The notes beneath the pieces were generated by a model. That model was not told where the DNA came from. It was given only the letters and a program-made list of their open reading frames with translations, and made no database searches. The position numbers and the translations under genes are program-made. Source: Fistulifera solaris (lineage: Eukaryota). From it: a stretch of DNA of 64,000 bases. Within the stretch, counting starts at the first letter, position 1. The number at the start of each line of letters is the position of its first letter. The stretch is from assembly GCA_030295235.1 (NCBI GenBank), contig AP026173.1:310001-374000 (forward strand), written 5' to 3'. Positions 12,520 through 23,460 of this stretch are shown here, piece after piece.

Positions 12520-13034
12520 GTTTTTTACGTTTGTCGAATTTTGTGAGAAGAAAATGCTTAGAGGTGCCCGTAAAACTTGGCGTTTCCAACTTTTTTCATG
12601 ATGGAAACGTTCATCTGACCGTTTCCATTCAGTCTTGGCGTTTCCGAACGTTTTCGATACCGCTTTTCGCATGCTCCTTAATTGCTTCGCTTTCCCTTGA
12701 TTCGAAGAGTGTAAACGTTTAGCATTGAATTAAATAAACAACCTTTTAGTTATCATCGATAAGAAGATAGAAGTTGTTCTTGAACGAATACAAGGAGCAA
12801 AATGCGTTATAGCATTCTTCTCATTGTTGTCTCTATAGTACATCAAACAGCCGTACAACAGAAATATAAGCGCGTCTTACCAGTACTCAATCATCTTATC
12901 TCCGGGTTCTTTGTTAGCAGCCGACAACGACGCGACGACTTTTACTAACAAGCATACCAGTATTGCAACTTATACTTCTGTCCTTTGAAGAAACATCTCT
13001 TATTCGTAATCATAAACAAACAGATTCAAAAGCC

Positions 13035-14046
13035 ATGGACTTGCTCAAAAGGAAATGGAACGCAAAAGAAGGTCTTGGAAAGTGCCAAGGCCAAGTCGGG
13101 ACGGTTCATTCGAGTCAAAGACCTTCGCGAGGTGGAGGAAGAGGAAACGCAACGTACGAAACGACCCGCCGAGCCATACATGACGGAGACTTCCAAGCGT
13201 TCGAAGACGGATGATGTTGCACAAAACGAACTATCTCCCCAGAGTCAGCCGCTGTTCCCCAAACAGCAATCAGCACGACACGGTGTTACGGACGACATGA
13301 GCTCCATCGACATTACGACGGAGCTGCGTTCGTACGGCTTACCCATTCGACTCTTTGGAGAAACTGATATCGAACGAAGAGAACGATTACAAGATGCACG
13401 AAAAATGCAGAAAGAAACATTGGCGACCTTATCGGAAAAGGAAGAGTTTCGACTGGGCAAGGGACACAGTATTCGGAATCCGTTTCTGGAGAAGAACAAC
13501 AATGAGGATGCGATTGCCGCACCGGCGAAACCGTCCGAAGAAAACAAGTGGACCATCGACGATGAAACGGATCCTCCGAAAAAGATTTATCGCTATTTGA
13601 AAGGTCTGCTTCGCGAATGGGAAGACGATTTGATGCAGCGCCCCGAAGAAGTCAAACGATCCGTCGCCGGGCGAAACGAAACCAAAACGCTCAAACAATG
13701 CAAAGACTATATTCGACCGCTTTTCAAATTGTGTAAGAATCGCACTTTAGCCGAAGACATGATGGGGCATATTCTCAAAATTGTCGAATACTGTCAGCAA
13801 GGAGAGTTTGTCAAAGCCAACGACACGTATATTGATGTAGCCATTGGACGGGCCGCGTGGCCGATCGGTGTGACCATGGTGGGAATTCATGAGCGTACCG
13901 GACGATCGAAAATTAATAGTCAGAATGTGGCTCATGTGATGAATAGTGAATTGCAACGCAAATACTTGACGAGCGTGAAGCGTCTTATTACCTTTGCACA
14001 ACGCAAGCGTCCCGATGTGGATCCGTCAAAGAAAGTAATGAATTAA
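13035..14046 (+). CDS. PRP18: Pre-mRNA splicing factor 18
   Basis: LRSYGLPIRLFGETD (PRP4-like motif), QCKDYIRPLF, AIGRAAWPIGVTMVGIHERTGRSKI, AHVMNSELQRKYL; N-terminal indel after ATG 13035. Confidence 0.93.
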
Positions 14047-14344
14047 GTTTTCTTTCGGAGATTATGCAGCTTTGTTTTTCAATACGGAGTATTTTCACTA
14101 GACCCTATGATGAGTGATGCTAAGTCTTTAGAGTGATGAGTGCGCCTCGTCGTTAATTGGATGAAACAATAGATCAAAGCCAGTACGACATCGGAGGAGA
14201 CAAAACTTATTTGAGAAGCGATAAACGCATGACACATGACGAAAGAGTTTTTTGTTTCGTTTTTCGATGTTCCCAGATCGCAGGAACATGAAAAGCATAA
14301 CCACTTGTATGGTTTTCATGAAAAGCGATCGTCATTTCATTCAA

Positions 14345-15240
14345 ATGATCACAAAAATCTTACAATTGATTATCGCCGCATCACTGCTTCGGCTGACGTT
14401 TAGTCTGAACGGCCTCCCAAGCACGACGGCGCGTCAAAATCACTTGTTTCGCCCCCCTTGGAGGCCAAGCGCTCTCATCGAAAATGATGGCTTTTTAAAA
14501 GAGTCTTTGTTTCGAAAGCAAGGAGAATGGGAAAAAGAACTCCGTCTTCCTACCATCTACGACACCCACCAACCTTGCGCTATCCGACAAGTGCCGGGTG
14601 ATGGGAACTGCTTATTTCATGCTCTGAGCCTCTGTCTCTACTACTCAACGCATAAAACTCACTATGATATGTCAAACGGTCCAGGTGAGCTGTACACGCA
14701 GTCCCGAAGTCTTCGAGCAAAGGCTGTAGCATGTCTGCGACAAAATGATAGAGTTCTCTTCATAGGGGGGACAGAGTCACTTTTGGCAATTGATTTAGTA
14801 AGTGACGGGGCGACAACCTACGGAATATCCCCGAAGAATATTGTGCGGAAATGGAAAAGGATCGTGTGTGGTAGGTACCAGGTAATTGCTGAACACAGCA
14901 ACCTTCATTCGTCCAGCCCGCTCGCCTCAATATTTTGTGTGCGTCTCAACGTAGTGCTACTCTTTCTACCTTCACTTTCTGCTTAGGGGCGGCGGGCCAG
15001 AGATTATTGCGCTGAGTAATGTCTTACAACAACAGATCCACGTATACCCGACTTATTGTAGATGATTCGTTCTGGATACGTACATTTATGTTGGAAAGGA
15101 TGGCGTGTTTTGGCTCACCACAATTTGATACGAAGCCAGCGCTACACATTTTGTCGGCTGACTCTCGCTTTCCAGATGTTGAACCAGGCCAGCATTTGAC
15201 GACTGGAAATCACTTTTAGCGCTCTTTCCGTACGGTAAAA
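14345..15240 (+). CDS. OTU-family cysteine protease with a putative signal peptide (one intron, indels; 3' end approximate)
   Basis: IRQVPGDGNCLFHAL; splicing GT14871..AG14986 restores WGGGPEIIALS..IHVY; C-terminal GNHF His motif. Confidence 0.8.
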
Positions 15241-15850
15241 GTAGCCGGAAGAAACAGAAAGGACGCCGAGTTACTATTCTTCTTTGGATTCTGTTTCACT
15301 TATTGCAGCGCGTAATTATATAATATAGCGCAAATTTTGTTCCGCATTCCCAAGCAGGAGTCTTTAAAGAGAAACTTCGGTTTATCAAATGATAACAAAG
15401 CATCACTGACTTATCTTTCATCATCTTGCGCCCCCAAACAATTCCGATTATGAAGATAGGGCAATGCTTATGCTTGAATCGACAGCATCTTTAGCGTGAA
15501 TCATCACGCAGCTTTGCGCAGCGCTGTACAATCGTCACTGCCCGTCTATCACCGAAATTCTATTATCTTTTGCTTTCTTAGTTAGCAAGTTGAGAAAAAC
15601 GTGGCTTTCGCGGCACGTCGTTACGAAAACCACGTTCGAAATGCAATTAGCCTTAGATGTTTCTCCTCTCATCAACGCGCAGGTCATCTGCCCCAGTTTT
15701 CAGTACACCTGCTCTCCGTCGGTCGCCCAAATTTTCTTGCATCCAATGATTCATTCAATGCCTGCAGCGCCCCTCATGATAATTCGGAATGCGCATCTCG
15801 CCGAAGGCAAATGCTACAAATCTCTTCGTTGCGAATCAATAGTGCGAAAC

Positions 15851-16289
15851 TCACAAGTCCGAGCTAGAATCCTGCAACATTGTAATGTCATAAATCAAAG
15901 AACACCCCGGGCAATCCACTGGTTCACGTTCCCCGACTTCAATGTCCAGTTCGTGGCCACAACGACACGTAAAATACCACACCTGGACGTCTTGTCCTTC
16001 TTCATCGACCACAAACTCGGGTCCGGTACAATCTTCTTTTCGTAGGCGCACCGCATTAGTCACTCGGTTCAACGATTGGACTTTTTGCAACAGCAACTGT
16101 TCATCGTACGCTTTCCGATCTTCGCGCAAACATTCCCACGCGAGCTGAATGTTCCGAAATGCGTCCTCCCCCTCCCGGCCGTTTGTCGGGATGCGATTGC
16201 AAGGCCGCTCGATGATACGCCGCTTTGATCGTCTCCATGTCAGCGCCCGGAGAGACTTGGAGTGTGTCATAGTGTGTTGTTAATGTCAT
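15851..16289 (-). CDS. DPH4: Diphthamide biosynthesis protein 4 (J-domain plus CSL zinc finger), frameshifted
   Basis: HYDTL...AYHRAALQSHPDK, FRNIQLAWECL, CRCG...CPGCSL. Confidence 0.85.
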
Positions 16290-16572
16290 GGTCGAAATGG
16301 ATTGTTATTCTTTATGTTTGTCTTTTATATGAAGCGATGTAATAAACAAACGCATTCATCACAAAAAAAGTTAGTCCCGCAAAAACGGACGCAGGACAGG
16401 CTGAATGAGTCACGTACGTGTCGTCACCACACAAACGCTTCCACGCCGCTCGTTCGTCGTCGTGAAAAATCTTCCCACCGCGCATCACGCAGCGAAAAGA
16501 GACGAGATTCCTTCACTTCTCTATTGTTGCTTCCCAACTCTTCATTTTCTCTCTTTCTAATATTATACAAAC

Positions 16573-17524
16573 ATGTCCAATCAATTCCGACAAGCCTTTC
16601 AGCGCATGGCCAGTCAAGTCAACGCGAGTGGCGGCGGCGGAGGAGCCGGAGGAGGAGGAGGACCGCAACGGGCCGCTCAAGCCGCCGCACGATCGATCGG
16701 GGCCCTCGCCAGTGCCGCCGTGCTCAGTTACGGCGCCTACAATTCGGTGTACACGGTTCAAGGAGGTCATCGTGCCGTTGTATTCAATCGTTTTGTCGGT
16801 ATGAAAGACACAGTCTACGGAGAAGGTTTGAATTTTAACATTCCGTGGTTTGAACATCCCGTCATCTTTGATATCCGCACCCGTCCGGTCAATTTACAAA
16901 CGTTGACGGGATCGATGGATTTGCAAATGGTTACCATTGCCATTCGTGTCTTGCATAAACCTGATCCCAACAAATTGGTTTGGATTTACCGCTTTTGGGT
17001 GAAAACTACGACGAGCGCGTCTTGCCGAGTATCATGAACGAGTGCGCCAAGGCCGTCGTGGCGCGGTACAATGCGAACGAGCTTTGACGAAACGAGATGA
17101 AGTCAGTCGTGAAATTTCGCTCGATTTACAGAAGCGGGCGGCCAATTTCAACATTATTTTGGAAGATGTGGCGATTACACATTTGGCGTTCTCGCCCGAG
17201 TACGCCAAGGCCGTCGAAGCGAAGCAGGTGGCGCAACAAGACGCGGAGCGTGGGAAATACATTGTCATGGGGGCGCAGCAAGAAAAGAAGACCATCATCA
17301 CGAAAGCGAGAGGAGAGGCCGAGTCCGCGGAACTCATTGGTCAGGCGGTGCGCAAGAATCCGGGTTTCATGAAGTTGCGACGCATCGATGCGGCGCGAGA
17401 TATTGCGGATATTGTGGCAAGTTCGGGCAATAAGATTTATTTGAACGCGGATACACTCTTATTGAATTTGTTGAAAGATAAAGACGAGAAATTAGAGAAG
17501 GGTGGATCCGGAGGATGGCGTTAG
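16573..17524 (+). CDS. PHB2: Prohibitin-2 (SPFH), frameshifted near 16995-17085
   Basis: [63 protein letters not shown]. Confidence 0.92.
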
Positions 17525-17794
17525 ACGGATGAGGAAGTCTGAAAATGCGTCGAAAAACTGTTCTTAAGAAAACATAATGATTAATCTAGGTCAAACGACA
17601 TGATTTTCTAGTTTCGTAAAGAATGTTATCATTGATGAGGCACTTAGAGCGTTGTGAAGACGCGTTGCGATGTCTGACACCGAATGAGCTTGATTTAACG
17701 AGGCTAACGTTGCAACACCAGATCCAAAACGGCCTGGGGTAGATGCACAGAAATGATTTATTTTGTCAACCATCTGGTGATGTTTCTTGCTTTG

Positions 17795-19577
17795 CTAGCC
17801 CTTAAACCCAAAGCAAAAGCTTGTCTTCTGCTCTTTTGTTTTCTGAAACTCGGATTGTAGATCACCAGCCTGCCTTTTTCTACAACTGTTCTCGTCGCTT
17901 TTCGCACTTTCGTTGTTTCCATCGTCATGGTACAGGAAAGCGGCAATAATATACCGTGTTCCTTGAGTCAGCACTTCCCCGCCGTGATATACAGAGTCTC
18001 CTTTGAAGCTCAACAAGTCTCCCGTCTTCAAATGTACTGTGGTGTCTTCGTCATAAAAGTACGTTCCACCGCCTTCATAATCGTCATTGAGTGCCAAAAC
18101 AAAAGAATGTGTCGATTCGTCTACGTGAATGGGCAGGTGATTTGAGAATGACCCGCCTTCATATTTCACACAAAAGGCATCGTGGATATAAAAATGGGGG
18201 ACAGGCCGAACTGACTCACCAAAATGGGTTGTATCGAAGTCTTGAAGAGGCGCTTGGACCAATCTAGGAGTTTGGGGACGGTATGAACGGGAACATCATG
18301 CGTCGGGACAGCGTAGTGGCGTTGCGTGGTCCATTCTCCACTTTCCGCCCAACGAATAACTTGTTGACACGTTTCGCGGCTAATGACCTCTTTTGTTACG
18401 AACGCCTGGTTTACAACGGCATGCCATGAATGCGATGTCTCTGTTGCAGGGACCTCTGACCGAGAAAAATACTCATAACTCGCAATTTTATCCAGCTGCA
18501 GTCGAATCTCCTTGTGATTACCGCATTCCTTCGGGTAATTTTCTGCTGCTTTTTCCAAATTCGTTGCGCTTGCACAAATTTTCGCTCCGCCAGATACACA
18601 GCACCTAACGCATGCCATAGATCCGGGTCGTTTGGGACTTGTTCTAGCGTCATTTCATACATCTTCTTGGCAAGTTCCAAGTTTACCGCCGAAAAGTAAA
18701 AGTGACCCAGCTGTTGGGCCTCGCGCAGGTTCGTCTGGGGAGGATGGCTGATCCAGTTGCAGGCTTCGTAGCGACATCGTAAGCAACCACACGAATGACC
18801 GGTTCGCCGCTGCAAAGCGTTCTCTCGTAGTTCGACAGAATCGTGCTCCTCGATCTGGCAAATCGTAATCTCACTTTCGTCACTGACATCGTAGAGAGCC
18901 ACAAGCGAAAGCTCGAGGGTATTCTCTGGATTGGTCGCCGACAATTCAAAAACACAGTTGGGTGCACAAGAATGCTGATAGTTGCCAATACATACGTTGG
19001 GATCGATAACGGCATACATTTGCTGCTGCAAATGATCCTGCAAGTACTTCATCACCGCCAAGGCCGAAGTGCGCTTCTTATATCCGGGTAGTTGACGGGT
19101 CAATACAAGCAACTCTGGCTCCTTCAATTTCGGAACAACTTCCGTCGCGTACCGCATCATGGGATGATCTACAGAAACAACAATCATCCTTTGCCGTACT
19201 ATGGAGATTACAGCTTCCCAGCGATGGTATTCGATTTTCTCTTGAACGAATCTCCAAGATGGCTTGGTCAGTGGGTGAGGTTCCGTCTGTTCTTTGCGAG
19301 CCTCGAATTCATCATGCTTTCCACTGTCGACCAACGAAAAAGCGACTTGTATTTCGTACACTTCATAGCGGCTGTAGTGATGCGATTTGTCGATTTTCTC
19401 CAAGAATGTGTGAATGGATTCCGAATACGATGGCGCCGACCGATACGGATCGTCACGTTCTGACGAGTACCGCGGAAAGCCTTTCCTCTTTTTCACATAA
19501 GTATCCTCTTCCGTAAGAGCAACTACATGCCATGGACATTTCTTGTTGATGACAACGTCTCCTTTTCGAAACTTCAT
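17795..19577 (-). CDS. SET/post-SET plus TPR plus 2OG-Fe(II) dioxygenase multidomain protein (two frameshifts)
   Basis: QHSCAPNC...ALYDV..EITI...CGCLRC; TPR DPDLWHALGAVYL; WTTQRHYAVPTHDVPV, DAFCVKY, HVDES, YEGGGTYF, YHGGE..GTRY. Confidence 0.8.
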
Positions 19578-19851
19578 TGATGGTTATAGGAAGGCAACGA
19601 TAATATTCGAAGAAAATGAGGCGGCCCCTCATTATTTTTGCGTTTTGCCCTCACATCAATCCGTGACCCGCGTGTGACGGACGAACGATTCTAATTCTGT
19701 CTGGCAGTCATCCGAAATGCGCGCGACGCCGCGCTCCCCCTTCCGTGTGAGCCACCCATTTCAGTCCTCTTTAACCACCTTCATTTATTGCGATCGATCT
19801 TTCGTTCGTCTCAGTTTCTCTTGAGCTGATCGCCATGGTGCATCCGCTATT

Positions 19852-20102
19852 TGAGGTAGGCGCTGCGGTGTTCGAGGAGCGCCCCGACTTCCGAGTCCGA
19901 GGGCACGCCAATTTATTGGCAGGCTTCTTGGGGAAATTCCCCGGACGTAACGACAGAGAGTGTCACCTCCGCAAGGAGGATCCCCACGCGAGGCTGCGGA
20001 ATGCGACGATGTCATTCTGATGAAGGAGCGTTATCTGACGGCCTCGCGTGGGCCGTCCAAGCAAAGTTATGCCATAACTCAACGGGGATTACGACTACCT
20101 TC
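19852..20102 (+). ncRNA. RNase MRP RNA
   Basis: GGGGAAATTCCCCGGAC (19930-19946) pairs with AACGGGGATTAC (20081-20092) as P4 with a bulged U; P8 GACA-GAGAG-TGTC (GARAR loop); P9 CCTCC-GCAA-GGAGG; P7 GGAC/GTCC; AGTTA motif; P1 GAGGTAG/CTACCTT; T6 run downstream. Ends approximate. Confidence 0.85.
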
Positions 20103-20125
20103 GAGAGAAACTCCCTTTTTTCTTA

Positions 20126-20212
20126 GCGAGCATGATCCTGACTGGTGTTGGGCGCGGACTTCAAATCCGTGGACGCCGAGAGGCGTAGTGGTCCGATTCC
20201 ACCTTGCTCGCG
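20126..20212 (+). tRNA. tRNA-Sec (anticodon TCA), copy 1
   Basis: 87 nt, 9/4 fold: acceptor GCGAGCATG/CTTGCTCGC, 6-bp D stem with TGGT loop, CGCGGA-CTTCAAA-TCCGTG, variable arm ACGCC-GAGA-GGCGT, T stem GTGG/CCAC, discriminator G. Confidence 0.95.
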
Positions 20213-20330
20213 TTTGTGTTGTGCTGCTTTGTATGCCTTTGTGAGTTTCATTCGAGGCTCTGATGATGCAGCACCGCATTCTAGCCGCTGCATTCTCTCG
20301 CTTCTGCGAAACTCTCTCCCTCTTTTCTTA

Positions 20331-20417
20331 GCGAGCATGATCCTGACTGGTGTTGGGCGCGGACTTCAAATCCGTGGACGCCGAGAGGCGTAGTGGTCCG
20401 ATTCCACCTTGCTCGCG
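20331..20417 (+). tRNA. tRNA-Sec (anticodon TCA), copy 2
   Basis: Identical to copy 1; followed by TTTT. Confidence 0.95.
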
Positions 20418-21128
20418 TTTTATGTTATGTTATGTTGTGACCTATTATACTGTCTCTATGAATTTTATTTGAGGCGAGGCAGCCGTTGCACTTGCACAGT
20501 ACTGACTTGTCCTAATAATGCTAGATATATGCGAGAAGAGTCTGTCGCTTTTTAAAGTCATGTCGAAACACAATGCAGCAAAATGTGGATGCTGTTGTTC
20601 TATGCTGCAGTTTCGTCAAAGCCATACCGTTGCGTCTACCCTTGCCTCGACACAGATTCATTGTATTTCCCAAACCCGTTTGCTTGATCATGTTCTATGA
20701 TTGTGGATTCGATGTTGGGCTTACATCCATCGTTGTCAACCGCTGGATTGGGCAAGCAAGTCGTGAAGGAGACCGGGAAGCCCTGCATTAAGTGACGTTG
20801 GTCTTCATGTACAAGACGTGCGAAATAAGCTAAGAGTTTTAACAACGGTGCTTCTGATTGTTATAGACGAAAGAAAAACACTATCACTACTCCTTATTAT
20901 TCTTTTTTATAGTCTTTTTTATAGAAAGTACGACACAACGGGAAGGACAACGTGGATGAAAATTCTCGGGGATGGGATAAAGGTACGTCGAGAAAACGAG
21001 CACGAACACATTGATAAGACAGATCAATCATCGAAAAATGTTAAAAATGGAAGCTCAATATCACGCAGCCAGCCGAATTGGAAAAATGGAAGGACGAAGG
21101 AAGCAACATCATTATCGTCATGATTTGG

Positions 21129-22622
21129 TCAAGCAAGCAAGCAACCGAACAATTTGTCAGTCGAATCTGACCGGATACGCGTATCATCACCACACAGGGA
21201 CAAATCAAGCTCATTGATCGACGCGTCGTCATCGGTAGTCAGCGACCTGAGCAACGAATTCGACGAGATATCGTCAATGCGAGGGTCGTTCGTTCGTTCC
21301 TGGACGCACTTCGGCGACATCGAAGTTCCACACTCGCAGTCATCATTAATGTTAAAGCCCAGCTCCAAAACGAGCAGCTCCAACGACTCGTGTGATTCCA
21401 AAGACGACAACTCCAACGCAGCTTCGCCCTCAGACTCAGAAACCTTGTGAACTTCATCGTGAAGCTCAGAAACATCATGTGGCACATTGCACGGATTTGC
21501 GACGGAAGGCTCTGACTTTTCGTCATCAACACCGGCAACATCGACATCAACATCCTCCGTGGCGTCTGATAGACTGACTCCTGCATACTTTGGCGTAAAA
21601 ATCGTCAATCATTTCGTCCGCGGCGAGTCCAAGTAGGCTACTGATATCATCAATATTGTCGTTCTCTTCAGCGAGCTCCGGAACACTAACGTCTTCGTCG
21701 CCGTCGCCGTCGTCGTCGTCATCATCATCATCTTCGATTGTGATGATTTCTGGCTGTTTCTCCTCGGTTGCAACTTCAACTCTAAGTCCCACTCCAACTG
21801 AATCTTCAACAGCAACACCACCGCTGCGGAGCTTAACAAAACTTCAGCTCCCAGTTCTGCGATCCAAGCGACTATCTGCGATGGCTTCATGCCGGTACTC
21901 TCGACAAGGCCGTCAATTGCAGTCCAGTCGGGAGAAGAATTGTAATCATTCTCCTTCATCCAGTCTATCAACTTGTCGATCTGCCATTTCTCTAGTCCCT
22001 TACTACTGGCTGAAACAGGACGCAGCTGATTGGTAGAAGAGGGGCCGTGGTTGCTGGCCGGCAAACAAGAAGCGACGGGATGATGAACTGCGTTCGTTGC
22101 GACGCGTGCTTTCTTCGGTCCTTTCCGGCTTTTCTTCGCAACATCATCATTCCTTTTCCGACCGAGAATACGGACGTTTTAGAAGCAGCAGAAACAGCCG
22201 TTTCACCTCCCATCACTGCAGCAACAGCAGCTACAGGATCAAGTGACGATGCTGCGGCCGAACCCGTAACGACACTCACCGACGCAGTACCCTTCGTCTG
22301 GAAGGAAGCCATATCACTCAGTTCCTTTCTCAAGATCTTGAAACTGTCGTCAAGGATCGCATCAATGGTCGTGAATTCACCGCGACGAACGACGCTATGC
22401 TCTGTGTGCTGCAAAGCCTTGGATTTGTCTCCAAAGCTAATTGCAATATTCACCGTCTCTTCGACAGAGAATTTGCTAGCAGGAACCCATTGCTTCGATT
22501 TCCACTGAGACCCAGTGCTCTTGGCGAATATCCTCCTTCTTTTCGAGTACTTTGTTAGCTAACGACACGAGGAGAGGCAACTCCTCGTGCCAAACGATAG
22601 GATTAATCTTGTTATCTTTCAT
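21129..22622 (-). CDS. Divergent TALE-homeodomain-like protein, copy 2 (frameshifted)
   Basis: Same architecture as copy 1; ends DKLFGCLLA*. Confidence 0.65.
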
Positions 22623-23460
22623 TTTGTTTGCTTTGCGATGCTGCGGACACTTGACTTTGTCAATTGTACTATTTGTAAGCGATTTCAAACCTTCAAAACA
22701 TCAAAAGCAAGCACAAATGTGAGTAAAGACTTCATCTTTCATGAAAAGAGACAAAAGAGTCCGAAAGTAGACGTTAATAAAGATCTTCATGGTACGTAGT
22801 AACTTACCTTTCAACACGGCGATTCCTTCGAAAAGTGCGAACAAGCAGCGAAAATGTACAGCAGCGGTACGGCTTAGATACAGTATCGTCGTATTTGTAG
22901 CGTATGTTGTATAATAGTAACGTAGCCTTGGTAGTCCTCGCCACGTACGCATACGTGGTACTCAAATCACGTAGCAATAATACACCGCAGCAAGCTTTAA
23001 CCAAAAATCACACCATGGTGTCTTTTTCGCTCTGAAAGCGACGTAATATCCTCTGATATGCCTTTGCATCATCACTCATCAACTCTTTATCGTCCTGGGT
23101 ATCGAGTATCGGTGTGGACTGTCGCGCCTCGCATTCCTGAGGAGTGAAAGAACTCGCCGTTACCTCGCGCGCGCTCGAGTGGTGTTCCTGGTTCACCGCA
23201 TCAAAAACAACTTATTTATCGTCAAACAAATCGTTAAAAGATGAAATTTACCCCGCTACCAAATTACTCTATTTCTTTTGATTAAGGGAAACAAAGCAAT
23301 TAACGAGTATGCGAAAAGCGGTATCGGAAACGTTCGGAAACGCCAAGACTGAATGGAAACGGTCAGATGAACGTTTCCATCATGAAAATGTTGGAAACGC
23401 CAAGATTCAGGGGCACCTCTAAGCATTTTCTTCTCACAAAATTCGACAAACGTAAAAAGC

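Noticed and set aside
19995..20040. Two CTGA motifs inside a long helix, suggesting a box C/D snoRNA nested in the MRP RNA
   Set aside because: No convincing RTGATGA box C at the right position; the segment is explained as the MRP distal helix region.
19785..20393. Short ORFs listed over this interval
   Set aside because: They overlap the RNase MRP and tRNA-Sec genes and show no protein motifs.
20126..20417. 87-bp direct repeat as CRISPR-like array or opal suppressor tRNA
   Set aside because: Only two units, and each folds into the 9/4 tRNA-Sec structure.
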